Assembly: GCA_964016885.1 (NCBI GenBank)
Contig: OZ024757.1
Span: 3,658,001-3,722,000 of the forward strand
DNA: 64,000 nucleotides
Source of the DNA: Eledone cirrhosa
Taxonomy: Eukaryota
Direction of reading: 5' to 3'
The notes under the pieces were generated by a model. That model was not told the origin of the DNA, ran no database searches, and saw nothing but the letters and a program-made list of their open reading frames with translations. How positions within the stretch are numbered: position 1 is the first letter of the stretch; the number at the start of each line of letters is the position of its first letter. A program made the position numbers and the translations under genes. Shown here piece after piece: positions 13,483-26,757 of this stretch.

Positions 13483-13703
13483 TAAACAATTTGTTTAAAA
13501 TATTAAATATATTTGTTTAAAATATTAAATTAATTTGTTTAAAATATTAAACATATTTGTTTAATATTTTATCTTGACTCTGTATTCCGTTTATCTTTCA
13601 CCGAAAGTGATTTTTCATTACATCTCTTCTTTCCATGATATCCGGAATACATTGAGTTCTTCATACGGATTGGACACTACCGTAAACTCTTGGTAGATTT
13701 ATC

Positions 13704-13746
<43 letters not shown>

Positions 13747-13749
13747 AAA

Positions 13750-14173
13750 TATATTTAATATAGAAAGGCTTCTACAGGACTAGAACTGTTTCATTCGGGA
13801 GAAATCATCAGGAAGCCGACCGTCCAAGTAATATCGTTGTATTTATATCTTTTCTGGTGGTAGGAGAGGGTGGGGATTGGGATGGGTGGAGGTCGTTGGT
13901 TGATGGGTTTAAAGAAAAGGGAATTCTTTAAAGCTATAATTTATATTTAGAGTGACAAAGGCAGAAAGAATTCTATAGACAGGTTTAAACTGGGGCTGAC
14001 ACACCTGATTTTTAATGTTCACTTAAAAATCAGGAGTGGCAACCCCAGAGCGAACCTGTCTATAGAATTCTTTTTGCCTTTGTTACTCTAAATATAGTTT
14101 TTAAAGAATTCCCTTTTCTTTAAACCCATCAACCAATGACCTCCATCCATCCCAATCACCACCCTCTCCTACC
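13750..14173. mobile_element. PLE terminal remnant with HHR (13768-13816, minus) and fold-back arms ~13859-13988 / 14053-14173
   Basis: Minus strand GCTTC-CTGATGA-TTTCTCCCGAAT-GAAACAG..CTGTA-GAAGC; same family at 50600-50790 and 59140-59572. Confidence 0.72.
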
Positions 14174-14423
14174 CTTTCTGCCATTTTCAGTATAACGAAT
14201 TCCTTTTTTAATCCTCGACCATACGCTCGACGTGTTAGGTCGATCTCATTATAGAGAATTTTTCGTTTAACGAATTTTTTTATACCCGGTGGATTTCGTT
14301 ATAACAACATTTCACTGTATAACATTCATATAATTCGATTCATACACTGGCGTACTGAATTTTTATTTCTTTATTTCACCGCTTCTGTTTTGAAGTACAT
14401 CATTCGTCGACATAAAATATAAT

Positions 14424-14602
14424 TGTTTCTACGTTTGGCACAAGGCCAGCAATTATCAGTACATTACTGGTACTTTATTTTAACGACCCCGTAAGGATGA
14501 AAGGCAAAGTTTACCTCGGCGGGATTTGAACTCAGAATAGCAAGAGCCGTAACTCTATACGTCAAAAGCATGGCGTCCAACCCCCTACCGCTACTGCCAA
14601 TC
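14424..14602 (-). mobile_element. tRNA-derived SINE with 13-bp target-site duplication
   Basis: Reverse complement of SINE consensus; CATAAAATATAAT at 14411-14423 and 14603-14615. Confidence 0.88.
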
Positions 14603-15032
14603 CATAAAATATAATAACACGTGACAAGCTGTCTTCATTGTTATTACATATACATGATGGCGGTAAACTGTTAGCAGAGTTTACAGTCACTTGTCAGATT
14701 ATAGAAAATGGTGCACTTTTAGACTACAGCCAGTCACACAAACCTGTAACAGATCCTGAACAAACAATGCCTGTGTTTTGAAGGTATTTAAGTGGGGAAA
14801 GGCCTTGCACTCGACCAATCCCACTCTCTGCGCATCGAAAACACTACCCGAAAAGGAGAACCTGTCAACATCATCGGATGCTTCCGAAGCCACAGGTTTT
14901 TTTCCAGAGTTTCCTTCTCTTAGAAAGGGGTAGTGACAACAACTGGGGGCCTTTCACTCCCAGGTAAAAAAAAAGGAACTCAGCAGAGGCAACGCCCATC
15001 CAAATAGTATTATATATATATATATATATTTA

Positions 15033-15105
15033 TTAAAATAACAGATTAAAGTTTAAGCAAACAATCGTTGCTTTCACCCTTAACGGGATCTTCTGAAACT
15101 AAAAG
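15033..15105 (-). mobile_element. Isolated 3' terminus of the 53811-57925 PLE family with CAGAAGA-core HHR
   Basis: Near-identical to 53811-53880. Confidence 0.7.
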
Positions 15106-15279
15106 TTATTATTATTATATTATATATATATAGGCTTACTAAAAGGTTGCACACACACACAACAACAACTAAAGCACCCGGTTATTAAATTAACCGAATG
15201 GGAGTTTATAATAAATTGAGGTTAAAACCACAAGGTGCGTGTGTTTTCATTGGCAGCATGACCCTCCCAAAGTATAACA

Positions 15280-16167
15280 ATATATATATAAAATTAAGTA
15301 TGTGTGTGTGTCTGTGTATAGGGCCTAAATCTTACGACCGATTTTCATGAAACTTTACAGGCTCATAGATTAGTCATCGGGGAGTGTTTTCTATATATCA
15401 GCGTATCTTTTTTTTTATTCCGAGGTCATTCTGCAGATAAAAATCGATAGGAGGGTCACCTTTCTTTAGGTATCGAAAAATAAGATTTTTGGATCTAGCT
15501 CCCACATTTTGCCACCGATTTCCTTCAAATTTTAAAGCAAAATAGAATTTATCATTGCACATCCTGTAATGGCTTTAAATTTTGCATTTGTTGTTCAGGG
15601 ACGGCGTGGCAGCCGCTTAAATATTTAAAAATACCACTTTTTCGGCTCTAGCTCCCACATTAATCAACCTACTTTGTTCAAATTTTGCACTACGCTAGAT
15701 CTGATTATTTCACGTTTAAAATGGCTTTACATTTTGGATTTTTTGTTTAGGAACGGCGTAGCAGCCGCTTAAATATTCGAAAATACCACCTTTTCGCTTA
15801 AATTTTCGCCTTTTCGGCTCTAGCTCCCACACTTTTCAACCGATTTCGTTCAAATTCGAAACTTTGGCTCTACCTCACACATAAATCAATTTATTTGGTT
15901 CAACTTTTATACTACGATAGAACCTATCATTGCATATCTTATAGTAGCTTTACATTTTTTATTCAGTCACGGCGTGACAGCCGTTTAACTCTTCAAAATA
16001 CGATTTTTTTCCAACCCCACATATTCCATACGATTTAACTCAACATTTCGCCATTTGCTACACCTTACGACCGATTTTCAAGAAACTCGCAGTTGCTAAG
16101 ATCAACACCTTTTCATCAAAGCAGATATTATTTTACCTACCCAGGCAACGCTGGGTACTGCTGCTAG
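15280..16167 (+). mobile_element. Non-autonomous Helitron-like element with internal ~130-190 bp subrepeats
   Basis: 3' hairpin CCCAGGCAACGCTGGG followed by CTAG|T; repeated ctagctcccaca..ccgattt..ttcaaattt blocks; same 3' signature at 37712-37739. Confidence 0.72.
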
Positions 16168-16340
16168 TATATATATATAATAATTTAAGGTATCACAACA
16201 TATATACTATAAATGATGAAAATGTTTCTCAGTACAAAAGTTCAATGGAAATTTCTGAATTCGTGAATGAATAACAATATTATATATATGTAAGTATGCA
16301 TACGCACGCGCGCACACACACACACACATACACACACACA

Positions 16341-16486
<146 letters not shown>

Positions 16487-16960
16487 CATACATACAAATG
16501 CTCATTTGGTTTATATCGAACATTAATAATAACGTTCGATTCGTTTGTAAACAAACGGCCCAATTAAAGCTGTGCCGATGACAAGTCGTCATCGTTTGTT
16601 CAATACTGGCATTGAAGAACAATCAACATATTTCTGGCTCATTACCATTCATCAGGATTCTATACCACTACCACTCAGTTGCACGGTTGAAAACATATAG
16701 TATTTTCTTAAGTACACATCAGCGGAGTAGGCTCTTTTGCTGCATATCGAGCGAGTTACGGCTGGCCTTGCTGAATATTAAAAATAAAATTAGAATTTTA
16801 TCTTTAATAATATTATAATAATTGTTTCTTATTATTAATATTCGGTTTGTTTACAATTAAACACAAGGATGACGTCATCTACCACGTGGTGTAGAGCTAG
16901 ACAGAGTGTAATATAATAAAACAAGGACGAATGGTTACTCCTTCATTACGTTTATTGGTT

Positions 16961-17047
16961 GGTGACGCGCGTTTCGTTATTGATCAGCTCAAGGTTCGAT
17001 CTGTATCGATCTAGCCCGACTCTGTAATCAATGGCCCGTCGGATCTC
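16961..17047 (-). ncRNA. Degenerate hammerhead-like motif with long stem II
   Basis: CCGACGG...long hairpin...C-GAAAC-GCGC-GTC; core deviates from CUGANGA at two conserved positions. Confidence 0.35.
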
Positions 17048-17403
17048 TGCGGTAGTAATGACAGTATTTTATAGGGGTGTATATAAAAGCATATATGCGA
17101 TGTATATGTATAATAAACATACGAGAGTCTGGATATGAAATGTTTTTTTGAAAGCTGTGATCTTGTCACATCTCAGGGGCAGTGAGAATACGACACAGAT
17201 ATTTCTGGATTTTTTAACTGAAATTTACTCTCTCAATAATCACTTATCTTTATCATACTTATACACCTTAAATATTCTTTTCTGATACACCCTTATGATG
17301 AACCATGTTATGTTAGTGCCACCTATAATGTGTATGTATACATATATATATGTGTGTGTGCATATATGTGTATGTATATATATATATCTATATATCTATA
17401 TAC

Positions 17404-17490
<87 letters not shown>

Positions 17491-17869
17491 TGTGTGTGTG
17501 TGCGGGTGTGTATATATATATATATATAATAAACAAGAGAGACAGTTTTATTTGTACATAATTATTTTATACGTTATACGTATATCTTTAATCAATACAC
17601 GATTAAACTTTCTTACTCAGCAACCAAAAACATAGCCCAGAATATATTAAGAACAGAAATCTTGGAATTAAACATAAAGAGATAATACATAATAGCAAGC
17701 ACAGAAACACTGATAGAACAACTTGAATAACGGGGATAACACCATTAACATAGGTGAGATAAACCAATGAGATAAACCAACGGACACACAGACACAGGGT
17801 GGGAACAATAAACGGTAACGAGAATAATTGCAATTGTAGATATCATAACAGTTGCCTAATGCAAAATAT

Positions 17870-18860
17870 TGTTTACGAATGTAGAGTAACAACAAGTAGT
17901 ATGTCTTATTGATATATTGGCCAACTTCTACTAGATTTAAGGAAAGGTGGTACAACCATCACCACTCATTTAAACGAGCTGTCAAAAGATCTAGCACGTC
18001 CCTGTCGGAACTAATTTGCTCGCTAAAAAATAACGAAATACAATACTTCCTTTCTAGGTCAAAACTTTCACATGCCTTTCCTTATATAAATGGATCTATA
18101 TCTTCTGGGTGTGACCTCTGTACTACAGAGACTTTACATATCATAAATAGTAGGCGCAAAATTATTAATAAACGCTCTGACACATTCAATACTTGCTTAC
18201 ACAGAATATGTAAGACATTCCGTAGAGTATATAGTTAAAACTTCCGTAAATAATATTAAATAGACCATCAAATAATTAATTAACCATTCATAAATATATA
18301 GATACAGTGTAACATCACCATCAAAGTACAAATATCTTATTTTAAAATTAATATCTAAGTGAAAAAAATCTAGTCCAGAAATAGGAAACAGTTCCTCCAG
18401 GCCTTACTACGATTAAAGCGACAAATCGTGTAACTTGATACTCCAAACAGTTTACAATCACCAATACCAACAGCAATAACAACTATCTCCCGCACATATA
18501 AGAACTGCTACTAGATAAATCTGGACATGTTTATTGGTCGAACACGACATGGAATGGCTCTTCCAGCGCATCTCTCTTAACATCCTCCAGGGAAACACCT
18601 TCTGTGGGGCGGCCAGCACGTGGGATCCCATTTGTTCACTTTACAGAGAGAGTGTATTTTCATACTTATAACTGGGTTATATATATCTATTGGTACATAT
18701 CCATGGATTTTTACATCTCGTTTGTATATTTGTCTAAAGAGAACGTGTCAGGCAGTTGTTATATAACTACCTTACATCTTTAAAATACGTATATCGATGA
18801 TAATAAAGATATACGAATAAAAAGGTCTCGCTTGTTTATTCTAATAAACTCCGTCTGTTA
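17870..18860 (+). mobile_element. Naiad-type PLE 3' fragment (GIY-YIG C-terminal part and 3' UTR)
   Basis: RFKERWYNHHHSF..S.SLSELI.SLK, CDLCTTE..HI, INKRSD....CLH. Confidence 0.8.
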
Positions 18861-18894
18861 AAGAATAAGTCGGCAGATTTTTAATCATATATAT

Positions 18895-18956
<62 letters not shown>

Positions 18957-18991
18957 TATATATATATGTGTGTGTGTGTGGTGTATGTATG

Positions 18992-19022
<31 letters not shown>

Positions 19023-19159
19023 ATGTATATATATAAATATGTGTGTGTATGTATATATATGTGTGTGTGTATGTATATATATATGTATATATATATATGT
19101 GTGTGTGTATGTATATATATGTATATATATATGTCTGTGTGTGTATGTATATATATGTG

Positions 19160-19190
<31 letters not shown>

Positions 19191-19299
19191 GTGTGTGTGT
19201 GTATGCATATATATGTGTGTGTATGTCCGAGGCGAACTTTAAATTTCTTCTTTTAAGGCTGAATCAATGAATCAAAGTACCAACCCAGGGGCGAGTTCT

Positions 19300-19660
19300 T
19301 CCTCTTTATCTCTTTCTCACTGCTCTCTCTCTCCTCCCACTCTCTCTCTATCTGCCGCTCTCTCCTCACACTCTATCCACTCTCTCTCTCCTCCCACTCT
19401 CTCTCTATCTCCCGCTCTCTCTCCTCCCACTCTATCTCTCCTCCCACTCTCTCTCTCCTCCCACTCTCTCTCTCCTCCCACTCTCTCTCTCTATCTCCCA
19501 CTCTCTCTCTCCTCCCACTCTCTCTCTCTATCTCCCACTCTCTCTCTATCTCCCGCTCTCCCTCCTCTTCCGCTCTCTCTCCTCCCACTATACCTCTCCT
19601 CCCACTCTCTCCCCTCCCTCTCTACCTCTCCTCCCACTCTCTCTACACCCCCCTCTCTCG
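19300..19660. repeat. CT-rich compound repeat (CTCTCCTCCCA)n
   Basis: Direct inspection. Confidence 0.9.
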
Positions 19661-19766
19661 AAGAAATAGGCTTAGTTCAAACAAGAGGAGTGGATGGTCT
19701 CCGCCAGTTATTAAATGACACACCGTATGACACTAGGCCTCCCCTACAGATATATTATTACTATTG

Positions 19767-19985
19767 GTGGATTAGCAGTAACCGGTGGAGCGTCCGACTC
19801 CCTGCTTCGTGGCATAGAGTTGGGGCCCTTTACGTTCAAATCCTACCATGGTTTGCTTTGCCTTTCATCCTTACGGTGGTAGATAAAATAAAGAACCAGT
19901 CAATTTAATTGACTTCCCCTCCCCAAAAATTACTGGCCTTGTGCCTAAATAAGATAAATAAAGAAATAAAGAAATAAAGAAATCA
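19767..19985 (+). mobile_element. Diverged SINE copy
   Basis: GTTCAAATCC B-box and gcctttcatccttacgg..gataaaataaag core. Confidence 0.7.
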
Positions 19986-20002
19986 TTATTATTATTATTA
20001 TG

Positions 20003-20198
20003 AGGGCGGTGGATTGGCGGAGTCGGTAGAGTCGGACGCCATGCTTCGACGTATAGAGTTACGGCCCTATATGATCTGAGTTCAAATCCCGGCGAGGTTA
20101 ACTTTGCCTTTCATCCTTACGGGGTCGATAAAATAAAGTACCAGTAATACACTGGTTAATTTGCTGGCCTTGTGCCAAAAGTAGAAACAATTATTATT
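20003..20198 (+). mobile_element. Full-length tRNA-derived SINE
   Basis: Matches 1906-2103; between ATT repeats. Confidence 0.88.
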
Positions 20199-20199
20199 T

Positions 20200-20550
20200 A
20201 TACTGTCTGTGTCTTTGTACTGTACCCTACATGTTGACCCTTGTGGCCAATAAATGAAAGCATTATTATTATTAGCTAACTTGAGGAGAGGGGTGCGCTC
20301 CCTGGGTGCTCTAGAAGCGCAGGGTGGTTCAGGATTGGTGGGGTACCTGAGTCACCCCTGGGTCGTCCACCCCCTATAGGGGAATTTATTTTGTTATATT
20401 TATGCATTGTTTATTTTATATTTTTGATATCTTCACTGTTAAATTAGTCTTGCTATATTACACTTTTACTCGACCGTATTGTAACCCCCACAGTCCTTGT
20501 ATTTGTATTGTCCCCTACTTGTTGGCCCTTGTGGCTAATAGATGAAATCA

Positions 20551-20552
<2 letters not shown>
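20200..20552 (+). mobile_element. Two short Tx1-like LINE 3' ends, each followed by (ATT)n
   Basis: Each ends in CCCTTGTGGCYAATARATGAAA, like the 3' ends of the Tx1 copies at ~21590 and ~50075. Confidence 0.6.
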
Positions 20553-20630
<78 letters not shown>

Positions 20631-20634
<4 letters not shown>

Positions 20635-21611
20635 ATGCGCAGACACGCGCTCAGGCTACGACATCTCCACATCTTCCTCGACGGTGATCAGGTGTGGTCG
20701 CCGTTTGGTAGACGCGTCTTTCCCCAGCTCATCTCCTTGACGGATCTGCAGTCCTGGGTCAAGCGAAGACCGAGAGGGAGCGCTTGGAGACTGGAATGTC
20801 TTCAGGCGCTCACAGCCCTCGACCAATCGAGCAATGTGATCGGTGGAAACTCCACCTTGGTGTTCTATAGAGGATTACTGGAGGGAAAGAGCGACAACGT
20901 ACTTGGGGAAAATCTAGGCGTCAACAAAAATCAACTAGCCAATCTCTTTGGAAGAACTTTCGGGCCGGGGCCTAATGGACAACTTCCAGAAATCCAGTGT
21001 CCGAGCATTGCTGACTTGTGGGTTTATGTCGAACACCTGCTGTCACGTGTAGGACGGATCCAGCTATCAGCTGAGTCCATCGTGAGGATTGCCCCGCCCC
21101 TTCCTTTAGCCGGGAAGGACAGGCAGTTTTTATCTGTCTGGTGGCCATGGCGAAAGAGATAGTATGGTGGACACGTTTGAAAGGGCTGAAGACGAGCACT
21201 TACCTCTTCGGTGATGCCCTGATTAACTTTTTCAAATTTCATTTGAAAAGGAAAATCAGGGTAGAGAGGGAAGTGCTCTCTTTCCAGTATTTTGTTGAAA
21301 GATGGGTGAGAGAAGCAAGTATGGCTCGAGTGAATGGGCCTACTCTGAGTATGTGTCTGTAAATTAAAGGTGGAAAACTGGGAGAGGGCACTTGCCCTGG
21401 TGGTCAGGGTTACTGTGGCCTTTTAATCGGCTTTCTTCACAAATGTCCCTCGGAAGTCTCCCCCCTATTGGGGAATTTTTCATTGTTATTTTTTTTATTA
21501 CATCCTCTGTTTTTTTACACGCAGAAATGCCCATTTGTACCGTCCTGTATTGTCCTGTACTGTCCTTAATGTCTACTTTATGTAAACCCTTGTGGTTAAT
21601 AAAGAAAACAT
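20631..21611 (+). mobile_element. 5'-truncated, internally deleted Tx1/L1-type LINE
   Basis: MMRRHALRLRHL, LFGRTFGPGP, WWTRLKGL, ARVNGP homologous to ORF2 46439-49876; AATAAA then (ATT)n. Confidence 0.88.
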
Positions 21612-21629
21612 TATTATTATTATTATTAT

Positions 21630-23430
21630 TTGCATTTATCTTGCTTTATGTTCATACGAGTTATCACCAAGTCACAACCAGTGACCTCAAGAGACAACAA
21701 GGTCCGCCATGTTCAAGAAAGAACATACATATTCACACATGCATCCTTAGTGTTTAGACTTGTGATGTACTTATATTGACAGGATCTTCCTTAGTATATG
21801 GGCAGTTCCCATTAGTACTATCTTTTGTATTTCTCCTATACGCGGGTTTCCTGTGATTTGCGATATGTAGTCGTTAAACCCCTTAGGTATCATTCCCAGA
21901 GCGCCTACAACTACTGGTATTGTTTTAGTTCTCAATTTCCACATTTTTCCAATTTCTATCTCCAGGTCCTTATACTTGCTCAATTTTTCAAATGTTTTTA
22001 TAGATACATTCTTGTCTATTGGAACAATTAGCAGGCATACCCTCCTTTGAAAGTCCTTCAATATTATATCAGGTCTATTTGCATCTATTTTTCGGTCTGT
22101 TTGGATGCTAAAGTTCCACAAGATTGAGATGTAATCTTTTTCAAGTATGGGAGGTGGTTGATGCTCCCACCAATTCTTTTGATGGGGCAGGTCAAAATGC
22201 TTACACATTATCCAATGTATGTATTGTGCAGCTCTGTCATGCCTGTTTAGGTATTCGGTTGGAGCTATAGGACTGCACATTGAAATTATATGGTCAATGG
22301 TCTCTGGTTGTTTTTTGCATACACGGCATAATGGGCTGTACCCATTTTTTATTATGTTGGCTTGGTAATTTTTTGTTGGCAGACACTGATCTTGTGCCGA
22401 TATAATCAGTCCTTCAGTCTCCGATTTCAGTCCAGAGGATGCCAACCATTGATGGGTTAAAGTTTTGTCAACATCAGGATTGTTAGCTCGCTCTGGGTAT
22501 TTTCCATACAGAGGCTTTTCTTGCCTTTTCTTAGCCAGTTTCTGTAGCAGTTCTTTCTTTGCAGTTACTTTTACCTGCTTTGCTTTTTCTGTGTTTTCCA
22601 TTTCAGCAGTAAATGGGACTTCTGAAATTTGTAGTCCATTACTGTATCTTTGTGCATCTTTTGTAATGGAATATGATCTTTTGGTGCTTTCGTGTTTCAA
22701 AACGAGTTTGATCATCCAATCATGTGATTCCCTTAGATATGTGGATAATCCAATTGTTGCAGTTTTCAACGCAATGTCTAACTGGATTAACCCACGTCCT
22801 CCTTCTTTCCTAGGGAGATATATTCTATCTATGTCTGCCTTAGGGTGATGCATTCTGTGCATGGTTAAGAATTTTCGGATTTTTGTATCGAGCCTACGGA
22901 TCTCTGTGCTTGACCAGTTGATGACATTGTAACTATAGGTTACTACTGGTATGGCAAGCGTGTTTATGGCATCGATCCTATTCCTTGCATTCAATTCCGT
23001 TCTTAAGATTGCTCTGACTCTGCGGTAACATTCCTTCCTTATCCTTTCCCTCATTGTCGAGTGCTTGATTCCGTCTCCTTCACAGACACCTAGATATTTG
23101 TAAGTTTTTTCTTGATCAAGCTCTCTTATCACGTTCCCCCGATCAAGATTAATGTCTGAACTCTTCAGCAGCTTTCCTCTGGTGAACGTTGCTTTGGCGC
23201 ATTTATCCAGTCCAAACTCCATTTTAATGTCATCACTGAACTACTTCACAGTGGATAATAGCCCTTGCAATTGTTCATCATTTTTTGCAAATAGTTTCAG
23301 TTCATCCATGTAGAACAGGTGATTAATGGTTTTGTCATAGACTCTATATCCATGTTTTGTTTCATTGAGCATTTTACTTAATGGTATAAGTGCGATGCAG
23401 AATAAAAGCGGTGCTAAAGAGTCACCCTGA
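21630..23430 (-). mobile_element. 5'-truncated R4/Dong-type non-LTR retrotransposon (RT + CCHC + restriction-like endonuclease), decayed
   Basis: QGDSLAPLLF, HLFYMDELK (altered DD), MEFGLDKCA, CRVC..ETIDHIISMC, RHD, RPDI, KYKDL; stop at 23241; TAA repeats at both ends. Confidence 0.88.
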
Positions 23431-23472
23431 ATTATTATTATTATTATTATTATTATTATTGTTATTGTTATT

Positions 23473-26400
23473 CCTTGAATCTCAGTCATTGATGTTGGTT
23501 AACTGGAAAGTCCGTTGGATTGAATATCAAGCCACTACCTGCAGCCTCAGATATTCAGGACGTATCGGAGGGTTCTTGCTGTTCCAAGCAAGCATGCCTT
23601 TTGAAGCGTTCCAAAAAGCGTGAAGGGGCCGATTTTCTTTAACCATCCCTGGAAACTTTTGGAGATAGTCCCCAGTGCGCCTATGACAATCGGGATCACT
23701 TTGACTTCATGGCAGTTCCAAATCCTTTTCACCTCCCACTTTAGGTCCTGGTATCGGTTAATTTTCTCCCTCTCCTTCTCTTGCACTCTCGTGTCGAACG
23801 GGCAGGCCACATCCACAATCAGGCACGATCTTTTTTCTTTGTCCACAACCACCAGGTCAGGTCTATTGTGTTCCAGTTTTTTGTCCGTCTGTATCCTAAA
23901 ATCCCACAGCACCTTCACCTGATTGTTCTCCATCACCGCCTCTGGCCTATGCTCATACCATTTCTCAGAATGTGGTAGATTGTTTACTTTGCACAGGTGC
24001 CAGTGGATCACCCTGCCCATCACATCGTGTCTCCAGCCCTTATAGTGGGTCTGGGCTAGGTGTTTACACTCGGACACAATGTGAGCCACAGTCTCCTCTC
24101 TCTCTCCACAGATCCTGCACAGTGGGCTAGCCTCCTCCTTGTAGATATGGTGCTTCAACCACTTCGTTTTGAGGGCCTGCTCCTGCGCAGCCATTAGCAT
24201 TCCTTCTGTAGCCTTTTTGAGGTCTCCTCTTCTCAACCAGTTCCATGTCTGTGGATCTCTAAATTCAGTTTTCTCAAAGAAGGTACTATGAAGGGATTTT
24301 CCCTTAAGGCTGCTCTTCCTCCTTGATGTTATTTCCTCCCTGGACATCCCCTGGCCTACTGTCCCCTCCTTCAGTACAGTTCTGAGCATTGGCTTCTTAC
24401 TATAGGTCACGTATTTGTATAGGTTGTTTTTCTCCATCCGAACACAGTCCTCTATGCTGATAAGACGTCTTCCACCCTCAGATCTCCTTAGGTAGAGTCT
24501 ATCGACATCACTCCTCTTGTGGAACATGTTGTAGATAGTCAATAGCTTCCTAGTCTTCCTATCCATTTCTTTTTGTTCAGCAACATTCCATCTCAGAATT
24601 CCCGCACTGTACCTAATAATAGACACAGCTCGGGAATTTACTGCGCTTATGGCATTTCTGCTGTTCAGATGTGACTTCAATACGCTCCTTACTCTCCGAA
24701 TGTATTCAGTTCTTAACAATTCCTTCATTTTTTTGTTCTTTATGCCATCAGCCTCCAGAACGCCCAAATACTTGTATCCTTCCTCAGAGTCAATTTCCTT
24801 TATCATCTCACCTGTTGGTATCTGGATCCCGTTACTTCTGCTCAACCTACCCCTCTTCATCACAATGACTCCACATTTACCAATACCAAACTGCATACAT
24901 ATATCACTGCTGAAAATACGGACAGTGTCAACAAGCACATCCAACTCCTTCTCACTTTTCCCGAAGAGCTTAAGATCGTCCATGAAGAGGAGGTGATTGA
25001 TGGTAAGCTCTCCCCTTCCCAACTTGTATCCTGCTCTCACTTTTCGCAGCATAATGGTCAAGGGCATCAGGGCAAGGACAAACAACAGAGGGGACAGGTT
25101 ATCTCCCTGGAAGATACCTCTCTTGATCTTCACGCTTCCCAAGGATACTCCAGTTGATGTCAACTCTGTCTCCCAGGACCCCATACTCCTGCCTAGCAAC
25201 TGTCTGATGTTATCTGCCACCCTGAAGATCTCCAGGCTTTTGGTGATCCAGGAATGAGGCACAATGTCAAATGCCTTTCTGTAGTCTATCCATCCCATGG
25301 CAAGATCAGTGTGTCTCCTCCTGCAATTCCCCATTACCATCTTATCAATAAGCAACTGGTCCTTTGTACCACGTGACTTCTTTCGGCATCCTTTCTGTTC
25401 GTCCGGTAACAAGTTGTTTGTGTGGAGGTGATGGTAGATTTCCTCAGACACAATGCTCGTCAACAGTTTCCACATTACGGGCAGACATGTGATAGGTCTA
25501 TAGTTGGTAGCATCATTACCCTTGATTCGGTCTTTCATTATCAGAACTGTGGTACCTTTTGTCAACCACTCTGGCACCTCACCCGACACCAAGCAGTCAT
25601 TGAACATGGCCGTCAGCTTCGGGTGGAGGGATGTTAAATGTTTAATCCAATACCCCTGCACACCATCTGGGCCTGGTGATTTCCAGTTGGTTAGTTTTTT
25701 GGCTTGCCCCTTAAGAGTTTCAACTGTGATACTCAAATCAGTCTGTTGCTGTGCCTGCTCACCGATCTCCCTCTGTACTGTCTCAATCCACCCTGCCTGG
25801 GCATTGTGTCTAACATCCTGCTCCCATATTCCTCTCCAGAATGTTTTAGCTTGTTCCGCCCCAGGGATCAAGTCGTTGCCTCTTTCTTTCCCCTCAAGCT
25901 GTCCAAACAGCATCTTCTGGTTGTTGTCGAACATGCGGTTCTGTTTATACTGACTGACTCTGTTCTCGTATCGCCTGATTTTTGCACTCTTTGCTACAAT
26001 GCGTTGCTTCAATTCCTCTATGATAATATTTAGCTTTTTACTCCTAGTTTTGTATTTTATTTCCAGTCTATTTTTAGTGCCTATGTTTTTTAGTGTCCCA
26101 TTCAGTAGTGACTCAAGCTTTCCTATGTCATTTCTCATTTCCCCGATTTGCCCACTCAGTCGCTTCTTCCACCACGGCTCTGCTCTTTCTTGTCTGTTGT
26201 TTCCTCTCGCTTTTATACCAAGTAGTTTCCTCACCGTATTTGCTGTTGCTCTGAGGATATTGTTGCACTGGTGAAGGCTCCTCGCCTCAAGGTATGGGAT
26301 GACTTTGTTTACCTTAGCTGTTGTTTCTTTTAACTTTTTCCTGTCTACAAATCTTAGGTTAATAGGTCTCCCACTATCATTGTTCAATTCATCTACCACT

Positions 26401-26756
26401 AAATTTAGGATGTCAACCGAATCTTGTCCTAGCCCGTCAGCATTCATCTCCTCAGTGGCCGTATCTCTGTTCCAGGTATTATTTATCTCAGTACTCAGAT
26501 CATTGTCTGCTTCGGGTGGTTCCTCCGTTCTCAGGACCTCCTCACCTTCATTTCCCACCGGCTCGCTTGTCTGGCATACTACACCCGCCATCTCCAAGCC
26601 ATTCTCTCTGCTCAGTTCCTCCAGTTCCAGCTCGCTTATCCACCCATTAGTTCTTATTACCCGAGCCTGCCCGGCCAATTTTTGTTCATCTAATTTAAAT
26701 AAACCAATCTCGTTCCAGATGTTATGCATCCGTCTCCTGTAGCCCCTCTCCTTGGG

Positions 26757-26757
<1 letters not shown>
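23473..26757 (-). mobile_element. R4/Dong-type non-LTR retrotransposon, different family, slightly 5'-truncated
   Basis: Bounded by (TAA)n at 23431-23472 and 26758-26805; contains 1060-aa ORF. Confidence 0.92.
23547..26729 (-). CDS. R4/Dong-type RT-RLE polyprotein (frame stays open up to the TAA tract, so true N-terminus is probably missing)
   Basis: WKSPGPDG, NYRPITCL, IDYRKAFD, GIFQGDNLSPLLF, FMDDLK, CRIC..ETVAHIVSEC, RHD, RPDLVV, KINRYQDL. Confidence 0.9.
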   Translation of the reverse strand: MHNIWNEIGLFKLDEQKLAGQARVIRTNGWISELELEELSRENGLEMAGVVCQTSEPVGNEGEEVLRTEEPPEADNDLSTEINNTWNRDTATEEMNADGLGQDSVDILNLVVDELNNDSGRPINLRFVDRKKLKETTAKVNKVIPYLEARSLHQCNNILRATANTVRKLLGIKARGNNRQERAEPWWKKRLSGQIGEMRNDIGKLESLLNGTLKNIGTKNRLEIKYKTRSKKLNIIIEELKQRIVAKSAKIRRYENRVSQYKQNRMFDNNQKMLFGQLEGKERGNDLIPGAEQAKTFWRGIWEQDVRHNAQAGWIETVQREIGEQAQQQTDLSITVETLKGQAKKLTNWKSPGPDGVQGYWIKHLTSLHPKLTAMFNDCLVSGEVPEWLTKGTTVLIMKDRIKGNDATNYRPITCLPVMWKLLTSIVSEEIYHHLHTNNLLPDEQKGCRKKSRGTKDQLLIDKMVMGNCRRRHTDLAMGWIDYRKAFDIVPHSWITKSLEIFRVADNIRQLLGRSMGSWETELTSTGVSLGSVKIKRGIFQGDNLSPLLFVLALMPLTIMLRKVRAGYKLGRGELTINHLLFMDDLKLFGKSEKELDVLVDTVRIFSSDICMQFGIGKCGVIVMKRGRLSRSNGIQIPTGEMIKEIDSEEGYKYLGVLEADGIKNKKMKELLRTEYIRRVRSVLKSHLNSRNAISAVNSRAVSIIRYSAGILRWNVAEQKEMDRKTRKLLTIYNMFHKRSDVDRLYLRRSEGGRRLISIEDCVRMEKNNLYKYVTYSKKPMLRTVLKEGTVGQGMSREEITSRRKSSLKGKSLHSTFFEKTEFRDPQTWNWLRRGDLKKATEGMLMAAQEQALKTKWLKHHIYKEEASPLCRICGEREETVAHIVSECKHLAQTHYKGWRHDVMGRVIHWHLCKVNNLPHSEKWYEHRPEAVMENNQVKVLWDFRIQTDKKLEHNRPDLVVVDKEKRSCLIVDVACPFDTRVQEKEREKINRYQDLKWEVKRIWNCHEVKVIPIVIGALGTISKSFQGWLKKIGPFTLFGTLQKACLLGTARTLRYVLNI

